Source of the DNA: the human T2T-CHM13v2.0 reference genome, Homo sapiens
DNA length: 64,000 bases
Direction of reading: 5' to 3'
Assembly: GCA_009914755.4 (NCBI GenBank)
Contig: CP068257.2
Span: forward strand, 40,320,001-40,384,000
Of this stretch, positions 30,655 through 42,709 are shown piece by piece; position 1 is the first letter of the stretch, and the number at the start of each line of letters is the position of its first letter. A model generated the notes under the pieces. The model made no database searches and was not told where the DNA came from. It saw only the letters and a list, made by a program, of their open reading frames with translations. The translations under genes were made by a program, and so were the position numbers.

Positions 30655-33305
30655 GATGTGTTCATCATGTAGAAGTTGAGTTTGTAAGGATGTGTCAGGT
30701 GGCAGCAGGAGTCTGGAGAGAGGGTGCACGGAGGAAGAGAGAGATGACTTCGCTGGAGTGAGATGACCCCTCCCCATGCTGAGACTCTCAATGAATGCCA
30801 TGCACAGCCTCCAGCTAGGGGTGGCCACAGCGGGGCCTTGCTCGCCTTGCTCGCTGGGGACAGCCCCTAGGCTGCAGGACTAGAGTTGCTCCTAGCTTCT
30901 CAGAACCTGCGGGATCTGCTTCTGCAGCTCCAGTGATATGGCCGTTCCCAGCACTGACTCTGGAATAACACTTGATCTATAGGCGGCTCCACTAGAAAAG
31001 AGCCAAGCCCCGCAAGTCAGAGGGGTCTCCCCTTACCCAACACAGGACACAGGAAAGCTGCCCTTATTCCCTGCAGGACAAGGCACATTTCTTGTAATTA
31101 GTGCTTTGCCTGTCTTCTGGGCTACAGTTTTCCTTTCTACTATTGTTTTTATTGAGCACAGTGAGTAGAACCAACTAAATATCTGGAGGGATATTTAGTC
31201 TCTTTAAGAGTTAAAGGAAATCCCATTAAAGGGCTTTTAAAAACAATCCAGGAGCATGCATTTATCTACACATAACTAAGTACTAATTACAAATAATTAT
31301 TATATATTCCAGTGGTTACCCCAAATAGTGCAATAAAGACGAAGGGAATAATTTTCCTGCTCCAGGAAATACTCATGCTTCTGTTTGCCTAGTACTTTGT
31401 AAGAAATCCTATAACAAGTAAGAGGCAGGAATTATCACCCCCATCGTGGGAATGAGGGGTGGAAGCTTAGAGACGCTGAGCAACTTGCCAGGGGCAACAA
31501 CAACGTGGTTGGGGTTAGGGTTAAGAGGCGGAGCTAGACCTGGACTCCAGGTGTTTGCTGCGTGATCTCCCATGTTGCACCAAGCAGCGAGTCTATACGA
31601 CACCCCCATGGAATTAGAGAAGAGCAGCTCATTGACACAGATTTATTGCAATGCGTCATTTCCCCCGATTTCGATGGATCATCATCTCCTCTAGCTACTC
31701 AGAGCAGGGAGCTGGGACTGAACTATAGTACGTGAAGTCATTGTGTATATTCTCTTAGTGTGTCATTTCCCCGCGGAGTCACCTTCCAGAAGCTCTGCCA
31801 GCTCCAGCTCATGGGGCCCGAGGGAGGGATGGACCCTGCAGAGTGGGCGGTCACCACTATCGGGGCATCCATGCTGCCTGCCAGTCCAGCCCCTTCCCCA
31901 GCTTGTTCTCCTGTCCAGTCGGCTAAAGGGGCAACGAAGAGGAAGCCAGAGACTCTCAGGAAGGAAGCAGCCCCAGCTCCTCCTCCGGGCTCTCCTTTTG
32001 TTAGTATTATGGCAAAAACCACAATTACATTTGCACCGACCTAGTAGAAGCCCCAGGTGACAGGGAGAGGGGCACTGGTGGGTCCCAGTGGGAGAGAAAA
32101 CAGCCTCACAAGCCCTTCTCTTTCAGTCTGTGAAGCGCATCACGGCCTCCCTCGCAGGTGGGTGAGGCGTGGCTGTCCTCATGATCCTCACAACTGTTGT
32201 TTGAACCAGGTACCTCTGTGTCCAGCAAAGGGGTGGGGACTGTCCCCATCTCAGGGCGCTGCATAGACTCACAAAAGCAGCCTTCAAAAGGCATGGCTGG
32301 GCTTGATTTTAAAAGGAGTCTCAAGTCTCTCCCCGAAAAAAAAAAAAAACAGGAAAAGGGTGGCCAGGTTAAGCCCGCTGGGTCCCTGGTGTTCTGAAGC
32401 AGGGCAGGCTTGGTGGCCTTCTGTCACTGAGAAGCAGGGGGTCTGTAGAAAGGAAAATCACAGAAAAAGAAAACTGTAGGCCAGAACACAGGCTGTTGCT
32501 GAGCCGCTGGACGCTAGCCCCACACATTGAACAGTGCCCTTCAAAAGGGAACTGGAGAAAGAATGTTCCAGGATTAAAAGGTGAAGTCAGGGAAGCTGCA
32601 CAACCTCATAAATCCATGCAAACATTCCTAAAAAAAGAAGGTGTCTTAGTTCAGGCCACTAGAACAAAATAACATCCCGGGTGGCTTGTAAACAACATTT
32701 ATTTTTCACCAGGCTGGAAGTCTGAGATCAGGGTGCCAGAAGGGTCAGGTTCTGGTGACGGGTTGCTGACTGCCGCCTTCTGGTTGTTTCTTCACATGGT
32801 GCGAAGAGAGGGAGGGAGCTCTCTGGGGTCTCTTTTGCAAGGGCACTAATCCTATTCACGGGGGCTCAACCCTATGACCTCAGTGTCACTTCCCAGAGGC
32901 TCCATCTCCTAATACCATCACACTGGAGGTAAGGACTTCAACATGTGGATTTTGGGGGAACACGAAGGGTCAACATGTGAATTTTGGGGGAACAGGAAGG
33001 GTCCTTCCTCTGCAGGGGATGTCAGGGTGGGAACGCTCAGGGAACCTGGCAGAGGACCCTCTGTGGGGCAAGATCCTTAGTCGGTGCCCAGAGACTCCTT
33101 GGCTAGGCTGCTCCAAGGAACGCAGGTTCCAGGGCAAGTCCGCAGAAATAGCGAGGAACCGGGTTAAAGCACCCAGAATCTCAGCCAGTGCAATGGACGC
33201 TGGGCTGTCCAATAAATGATTGACCAAAGATCCTTTAAAGGGAATTGAAAAGATGAAAAAGAAATTAGATACTGCCACATTTTTATTTTAGCCCTCATCA
33301 AAATG

Positions 33306-33562
<257 letters not shown>

Positions 33563-34945
33563 CTATGAGGTGGATGAAACAGATGTTATTATCACTGTTT
33601 TGCAGGTGAGGAATCCGAAGTCCTCATCAAGGACCCTCCACTTATTACAAATTCAGCTGGGACTGAAGCGGTGTGTCCGCAGCTTGGACACCAAACAGGC
33701 GACCCCTTTACTAGCTGAGAATACGCCTCTGTGAAGACAAGTGACTGCAAAGCAGCGAAGCCTCAGTCCTGAGAGCATTTTTCTAAGACATCAGTTCCAT
33801 CAGATATGTCTTTGGGAATCATTTCATACTCAGCCAAGTGTTAGAAAGGGCTGGTTGGCATTATTTGCTCCAATAATAAATCCACGTGCGCTAATGTTCG
33901 TCAATGCTGCTCTGCAGGGAGAAGTCAAAGCACGCAAGCCAGGCCTCCATGGGGAGGCCCGAGATGACTGGAGGGTTTGTGCCTAAGCATTTGTTCAGAT
34001 GCAATAATCCACTACTCTTGGGGAGAAAATGATCCTTTTTTAAAAATTATTTTGTCTTTTTAAAAAACTGATCTAACAAATTTTGCAGAATTGAAGGAGC
34101 AACTGAAGCAAAGTTTTCTTGTTGATAGAGGTGTGTCCGGTGTGCAGATGTGTCCTTTGGAGACTGGGTCGACATGTCGCCATGGCACTGTGCCTGCTCC
34201 AGTCCCTGGCCAGCCCTCCATCTGTCAGCGACAGCACACGAGGTCCTCCTGGACAGAGAGTATCCAGTACTATGGACACTGTGGACACAGAAAATGCTTC
34301 CTTCCTCTCTAAATCTCCCCAGGAGGGCTCCCTGGTGAGGCCCAAGGGAGGTGATCCAGACAGCCATCTCCTCACCAGAGCTTCTCCTCCCCCCTCAAAC
34401 GATGGAGAGAAAACATGGAGATGCTTCTTGCCGGCAGGTTTATAAGATTCAAAGCTTCTGGTGAGAAGCAGAGACAAGGTAGTATCCTTCTGTGTTGGGG
34501 AGAGCTGGCCACTGCTGATGCCATAGCTGAGAGTCCCCTGCAGAAGCTGTCCCAGGAGGCCACAGGAGGGGTTGTCCTGGTGCATGCCGACGGTAGCAGA
34601 GCTGCTACTCCTGCCGGTCCGTCCCTGGTGTTTAATGAGCCCGTCCTGAGATGAAGGAGGGAAAGTGGGGGCAGGCAAAAGAGAGAATGTCCATTGTGCC
34701 AGGAGGCATCCCCGCCTTCCTCCTGTAGCTCTGGGACCAGCTGCAAGAAGGCAAAGTATCATACCAGCCTTTTGAGAGGGGAGGCTCAGAAGCCCATCAG
34801 CAGACGAATGAGCAGACAGAATGCGGTCTATCCGTGTGATGGAACATTATTCAGCCGTAAAAAGGAATGAAGCACTGACCCAGGCTACAACACGGTGAAC
34901 CCTGAAAACGTGATGCTGCGTGAAAGAAGCCACTCACAAATGCCA

Positions 34946-35033
34946 CACGTTGCGTGATTCAAACGCCACACATTGCATGATTCAAACGCCACACATTGCA
35001 TGATTCAAACGCCACACATTGCATGATTCCATT
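34946..35033. repeat. Tandem repeat with a 23-bp unit AAACGCCACACATTGCATGATTC, about 4 copies.
   Basis: CACGTTGCGTGATTCAAACGCCACACATTGCATGATTCAAACGCCACACATTGCATGATTCAAACGCCACACATTGCATGATTCC. Confidence 0.95.
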
Positions 35034-37239
35034 TACATGAAATGCCCAGAATAGGTGAGTGACGGGGCAGAAAGCAGGTGAGTGGTTACCTGGGGCTAGG
35101 GGTGGGCCGACAGGGAGTGACTGCTGATGTGCACAGGGTTTCTGTGGGGGGAGATGAAAACATTCTGGAGGACTAGATGGGGTGACGGATGCACAGCCTT
35201 TGAGTGTGCTGAATACCATCAAATGATACACTTTAAAATGGTGGTAATGGTACATGTAATGTTATGTGTATCTTACCACCGTTTAAAACAGAGCTTGACC
35301 GGTTAGTTTAACAAATATTATGAGTGGCTTTTGTTATGGGCCGGGTGTGGTGGTTTGTTCACTGATTTGGCAAATATTTGTTGAGCAGCTGCCGTGTGTC
35401 AGGTGCTGGGCTAGGTGCTGGGGGTTAGTGATGAGCTAAATCAATTCTCATGGGACCTGAACTCAGCAGAGGAGACAGAGGGACTATTCCACAAGTAACT
35501 GTGTAAACTGCATGGGTGGCAGGGCAGCCGTGCAGCTAGGAGTAGTGACCAAGAAGAGTCCAAGGAAAGCCCTGCAATGCCACTGGATAGTGGGCAGGGG
35601 GCTCAGGCAGGACTGCAATGAGCCTGTGGGTTTTGTTCCTACAGCAAAAGAAAGGAGTGGCTGACTTGGCAGAGAAGAGATGAAATCATATTTGCATTTG
35701 ACCAAGATGGAGACAGTAGGGGGAGGAGGTGGGTGACCTGGAGGCTCACCTGGGATGGTGAGCCAGGCCCCTCAGGGGGTGGTGGGTGGGAGTGGGCTGT
35801 AGAGGTTGCCATGCAGGGGTCTCCCTTAGGCAGCATAGTGGGTGTGTGGGGCAAGGCTTGTGAGAAGGGGCCACCCCAGCAAGGATAAAGCGATGCCTGC
35901 CCACGGGAGTATCACGTTGGTCTGAGATGCAAGAAGAAAGAAACGGAGAGGACCATGGAGGGGGCTAAGAAATTCTAAAGGCAAGAAACAGTCAGGGAAA
36001 AGAAAGGATTCCACGGTGGGGGTGGCAGAGACCGAGTGCTGAGCCAGCGCCAGGCGCCCACCCTGTGGGCACATGTTATAAAGCAGCACCATGAAATGGA
36101 ACGGCGAGGCTCCCCAACACAACAGACTCTAGAAACTGATGGCTGGGTGTGAACATAACAAAACACTGGGAAAGGACATAATTAGTAAATCTTGGGATGA
36201 ATTATCAAATGGGAAGAGACCAGTGAAGTCAACCAGGGGGGCCCACCATGCGATTGTCCGGGTGAGGAGGGGAGGTTGGGCGCCTTCCCTGGCATGCAGG
36301 TTGCCCCCATCCTGCCTCCAGGGCTCAGGGCTCTGAGAGGACATGGTTGCAGCATGAAGGGCATGGGCTTTGCCTCCTCCACTGTAGGGTGGGAGCCAGT
36401 CCTGCTGCAAAGAGCCGCTATGGGGTTGGAGGTCACACATGTGCACAGACATGGCGCCTGGCCCACGGCAGGTGCTCCATACAGCACAGGAATAATGGCT
36501 TCGTTACACAGAGCCAAGAATAGGGAAGAATTTGTTTTGCTCTAAGTGCAACCTTCACGCCAAGCATATTTAACTTCGATGAATAAGCAGCAAAAACAAA
36601 CTTTGGGTTTTGTTCCTACAGCAAAAGAAAGGAGTGGCTGACTTGGCAGAGAAGAGATGAGATCATATTTGCACTTGACCAAGATGGCCCCAGGAGATAA
36701 TGGGAGGAAGGGGGTGACCCTGGAGGCTGATCTGGGATGGTGAGCTGGCCCCCTCCACTGTCGAATGTTTAAAAAACATTAAAAATGAGTCAAAAGGAGA
36801 ACAGAGGAATCCGCCCCTAGCTGGTGATGCTTCTTTTTGTTACATACAAGTGAAGAGAGTATAGAGAGTCATTCATTCATTCATGCAGCTCATCTGGACT
36901 GAGCATCTACTGTGTTAGAGAGACCACGTATAAATACCCTTTTAAATGTTTATTCAGTAACGAAGATATTCCTGCTTCTGACTTCTCCATCCAGGTCTTG
37001 GAATCACCACCTCTCACACACACACCCAGGAATCATCTCTGTACCAGCCTCCTTTTCTCTAACCTCGATCCCATCCCATCTGACCAATCAGAAACCAAAT
37101 CCCACCAGCCTTCTCTCTGTGATCGAACTGCATCTTCTTTCTTCTTCCCCACTGGGTCCATCTGCTGGCTCTCTAGCTGGAAGCTTCTCCACACCACCCC
37201 GCACCCACCTGCCAGCCCAGCTGCCGGGACTTTGGAACA

Positions 37240-37420
37240 GACCTGGCTGTGGATCCCCCTGGGGGGCTTCCAAGCTGTGTGACCTTGGACATGTTATCTC
37301 GCCCTCCTAGTGTTCATCTTCCCCATCAATAAGACAGGCATGAAGCTGCCTAGCTCACCAGGCTGTGGAAAGGATGGAAGACCACAGCAGGAGGCGTGAA
37401 GCTCCTGCATGGTGCCCAAC
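37240..37420 (+). repeat. MIR fragment.
   Basis: ...GGGGGGCTTCCAAGCTGTGTGACCTTGGACATGTTATCTCGCCCTCCTAGTGTTCATCTTCCCCATCAATAAGACAGGCATGAAGCTGCCTAGCTCACCAGGCTGTGGAAAGGATGGAAG...GGTGCCCAACACAGG... CTGTGTGACCTTGG and the downstream block match the MIR core. Confidence 0.65.
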
Positions 37421-38444
37421 ACAGGCGAGAGGGCAGGTAAGGTTTCCGGGGCCTACCTCATGCAAGTGTCACCCATGGCTACTTAGGAATAATTTCTGGC
37501 ACTGGGCTCCCCTATGTTCCCTCCACATACACATTTAATCACCTTCCATTCCCCATCCCCCAGACCTGTCCCCTAGATCCTTGGCCAGTGCTCTTTGCCA
37601 CAGTTTCCCTTCCCTTGGGCTTCATCCTGCTGAAGACACTGCTGACCCGGCTGCCTGCAGTGACCTGCAAGCCTGCACCTGCTGCTTCCTGAACTCTCCT
37701 TAGGTGCTGCCCAGAGACACCTCCTCTATCCTGTGGAATGTCATGGGGACCTGGATTGCTATTTCACATTTCATGTGTGTGCCTATCGCCCCGGCTGGAC
37801 TCAGTTCCTTCAGGATTAGGACCAGGCCTTATGGTCCTTTGAATTCCTCCTCAAAAATCTGCAGGTTTTCCAGAAACATCTCTTGATTTCAATTAGAGGT
37901 TTGTAGCTCTAGCACCAAAGTTAAGTTGGATCTAGGGCTGCTGTTTGCAAGACGTACTTACTAATCCAGGTGGGCACAGGCCATGCAGCAGCCAGGCCCT
38001 CCAGTGCTGGGCTGGGGCTGCCCTGCCCCCTCCCCTCTCAGGATCAGTCCTCCCGTGGAGACGGGGTGTCTTTCTGGGGTGCAGAAGCAACCACTCACTC
38101 CTTGGCTTTGAGGCTTCATGAGACCACAGGGAAGCGCTCAAGCCCCTCAGCCTGGAAAACAATGCCAGGCTTCCTTTCTCAGATAATCCCTCTGATCCCT
38201 GCCCCCCTGACCCTCCACAGGCACATCCAGCCTCCTGCAGGGCTCCTCAGACCCCAACCTGCCCAGCTGTTGGCATCACCCCTACCATTTTCTGCCTGCA
38301 GATCCCTCTCCCTCCTCACCTGAAAATCTCTCTCCTCCCTCCAAGAATCAGATCACGGTTACCCCTTAGCAGTGTGAGAAATAAACTCACCTGTCCAAGC
38401 CCAAAGAACAGACTCAGAGACCTGGAGAACAGTGAGAGTGAGAC

Positions 38445-38745
<301 letters not shown>

Positions 38746-39379
38746 TTGGGCCTGAGAGTCAGACTCTTAATGATGGTCTTGCAAAATCAAGTGTCTGATG
38801 GGCAGAAACACCCAGCACGGTTTTAACAAGTAATTTATCCCCTGGTGTGCAGGTCCCTCCCCTGCTTCCTCATTGCTGCTAGTCATTAGCACACCGGGGG
38901 TCACAATCTTCCCAGACGTCGCCTATTGGTTGTTGGGCAGGGACTTCAGGTGTTTTTTTTTTTTTTTTTTGTAGGATTGTACTGCTGCACTTTGTTGCAG
39001 CCCACAATGCATTGCAATCGTAGTTAGCTCAAGGGCTCTTCAAGTATTTAATTTATGACCGAAGTAGCCGGGCAGGCTGGTAAGAACAGACAAAGTGAGC
39101 TATTTTGAAGGGTAGTAAACTTTCGTCTTAGACTAAACTTTTTTGCTTCGGGTGACAGCAACTGAGGGCAGAGGCAGCAGACAAGCAGGCGTTGACGATC
39201 CAAGCAGGGGCCTAGTGTATCCTGTTTCTTCTGTAGTTTGCTGACCTAAGCTGATTCAAGGCACTTTGTCTTGGAAATGGAGCACCGTAGACATGATCTC
39301 CTTCAGCAGGAAGTGTCACACATGGATTAACACCCCTGACTCCAGGTCTGACTGTTTGGCGTCAAATTCTGGCTGCTGT

Positions 39380-39545
39380 GATTTTAGGTAAATCATTTCG
39401 CCTTGCTGCCCCTCAGTTTCCTCATCTGTAACATGGGAGGAATGAGACTGCCCACTTCTTACAGTCTCTGTGAGAACCAGATAACTAATAAGCACATGTG
39501 CAAGCACAGGGCCTGGCACAAGGTCACTTCCATCTGCTCTCGGTG
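39380..39545 (+). repeat. MIR fragment.
   Basis: CTTGCTGCCCCTCAGTTTCCTCATCTGTAACATGGGAGGAATGAGACTGCCCACTTCTTACAGTCTCTGTGAGAACCAGATAACTAATAAGCACATGTGCAAGCACAGGGCCTGGCACAAGGTCACTTCCATC matches MIR ...CCTCAGTTTCCTCATCTGTAAAATGGGGATAATAATAGTACCTACCTCATAGGGTTGTTGTGAGGATTAAATGAGATAATGCATGTAAAGCGCTTAGCACAGTGCCTGGCACATAGTAAG.... Confidence 0.8.
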
Positions 39546-39671
39546 TACAGTAGACGGTCACCCCAAGATCAGGTCTGTCTCCTTCCCTCACTGTCTTGTT
39601 CCACTTCATATCCCAGCATGGGATGGGGAACTGGTCAGATGGGGTAGCCTCAACAGATGGTTGTTAGATAA

Positions 39672-40044
<373 letters not shown>

Positions 40045-41904
40045 GAGTTTTCAAGTGCAATTTTGTTTGGAGTCCCAGAATCTAAAGTCACCCTGTTGGT
40101 GAAAAATATGAACTTCCTCTTGCATCTTACTCAGGGCAGGGGGTTAGTGGGACAAAAGCTGCTTTCAGTCTCCTGGCCAGTGCCTCTGAGTAACAGCCCT
40201 TTTGTGAAGGGCAGAAAGGAGAGTGTGTAGTTGTCAGGAATATTCAAGCAGAACCAAAGCTGACATCACGCCTGTAAATATGCATGCATGCCCACAGCTA
40301 CCCTGGTATTGGCTGGCTCAGCCTGTGCAGTGATACCACACACACACAAACACACACACACAGCTGGTTGTCCCTAACTGCTGCTAGTCACTAGCACACC
40401 GAGGGGGCCAGGGTCAACATCCTCATGACCGTTCCTAGTGGCTTCCACAGAGCGGGGACACAACAGCAAATCAGCGCTGGCGAGAGGTTTGCAGTGCAGA
40501 ATTCATCCACCCCCTGGAGCTGGGATGTTAGAATGTGTTCCCCAATTCAATATGCTTCTATTTAAAATAAATACAATCTTGGCTTCAAAATCATGGGTCA
40601 TGGCACTGCTGTGTCTGGAGGTAGGAAGCCTCTTCATCAGGGCAGTTTCAGGCCATTCATCTTGCTAGAGTGTGGATAACACACATCAAAAGCAAAGTTC
40701 CACATATTACATTTATTTTAAATCTATAAAGATGGAAAATGATTAGAATAAAGGTGCCAGCCTATAGTTAGCTGTTTCTAGATATTCTTTTGTCCTCGGC
40801 TTAGATGTACCACAGGAGGAATTGTTCTTTCTTCTTGCTCCCATTTCTTTTCTTGGAGTTAGTGGGGTAGGTCTCCCACTCGTGACACCTGCTTCATGCC
40901 TTTTTGCACCACACAGAGATGGTGGTAGTGGCCTTGGAGGCTGCAGTCTCTTAGCTCTCATGACTGCTACCACATTTGTGTTCAGTTGCTCAGGCCGTTC
41001 ACTGCACAAGGACACCTGGCAGAAGGAGCAGTGGGGCCAGTGTACCTCCTGGTGGAAGGCTGCATCTGCCTGGAGGAAGGGGTGTCTTTTTAATGCAGGC
41101 AGAGGCCTGTCCAGCCAGCGGCAGCCCTGGCTCCCTCGTCCTCCCGGGAGTACCATGGCACTGCACTCAGGGGCTTCTGAGGCTGCTGTGCTGACTAGGA
41201 AGTCTGAGACCCCCAGTGATGCACAAGAAACTGGGGCTGGGTGGTCTGTCAGCCGACTTCGGGGGAGCTGTGTTCAGGAGAGAAGGGCTTGGGAAAGCTG
41301 TGCTCTATTCCATGCTGGATAAAAGGAGCAGAGATAACCCGGTCAGGGTCATGGGTAGAGGCCATGGAGACAAACAAGACAGAGGAGATGAGCTGCAGCC
41401 GCCTCTAGCTGGAAACGCAGTGCAGAGGCGCCCAGGCCAAAGCAGCTTCTGTTCACAAAAAGTCTCCCCGAGGCCCTGCAAGGAGGAGCAGGAGCCAGTG
41501 CTCCCCTCTCCCCGCTGGGAGGAAGTGCCTGCCTGCTACCCAGGCAGGGGAGGGGCTTGCTGGCATTTTCCCAGGAGCAAATGCAGCACAGAATGGGGGT
41601 TCCTTAGGCCCCAGTCAATGAATTCCACCAGGAATGCGGTGAGACCTCAGGGGCAGAGGCCCACAGAGGACATCAGGCATCCGAGAGACGGACACACGGG
41701 GGAAAAGGGCATTTCCAGGCCCTCTGAGCAGTCTCTGCGCTTGCATGACGTTAGATGATGAGGAATAAAAACCCAAACCTTATTTCAGCGCTGCATGGAA
41801 AGAATTTCCCTGAGCTGATATGAATGACATACCTTCTGCTTTTAATGAGGTCCAGTATAAAGACGATTTATGTGAAGAATATTTTGGTCTTAAAAGACTC
41901 TGTT

Positions 41905-42231
<327 letters not shown>

Positions 42232-42404
42232 TTAAAGTGTATAATAAACTCTTCCTTTAATATTAGTTGGAGTTTGTCTCTCCAGTTTAACCTGAAAGGT
42301 TACTGTGATTGGGCAACCATGAGGCAGTTTCCCCAGATGCTTCTTGATCAACAGCTGTTCTGTTCCAAGGGCCTGCTCCTGACTGGTTTTGATCAGCTCT
42401 TGGA

Positions 42405-42709
42405 TTTTTATTTTTATTCATTTTTTTTGAAACAGGGTCTTGATCTGTTGCCTAGGCCAGAGTGCAATGATGCCATCTTGGCTCACTGCAACCTCTGCCT
42501 CCAGAATTCAAGTGATTCTCCTGCCTCAGTCTCCTGAGTAGCTGGCATCACAGGCGTGTGCCACCATGTCCAGCTAATTTTTGTATTTTTAGTAGAGACG
42601 GAGTTTCACCATGACGGACAGGACGGTCTCGAACTCCTGGTCTCAAGTGATCCCCCGCCTCAGCCTCCCAAAGTGTTGGGATTACAGATGTGAGTCCCTG
42701 CGCCCAGCC
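42405..42709 (-). mobile_element. Alu SINE (reverse orientation) with TSD AG(C/T)TCTTGGATTTTTA. Together with 41905-42202 it forms an inverted pair about 200 bp apart.
   Basis: TTTTTATTCATTTTTTTTGAAACAGGGTCTTGATCTGTTGCCTAGGCCAGAGTGCAATGATGCCATCTTGGCTCACTGCAACCTCTGCCTCCAGAATTCAAGTGATTCTCCTGCCTCAGTCTCCTGAGTAGCTGGCATCACAGGCGTGTGCCACCATGTCCAGCTAATTTTTGTATTTTTAGTAGAGACGGAGTTTCACCATGACGGACAGGACGGTCTCGAACTCCTGGTCTCAAGTGATCCCCCGCCTCAGCCTCCCAAAGTGTTGGGATTACAGATGTGAGTCCCTGCGCCCAGCC. Confidence 0.9.
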
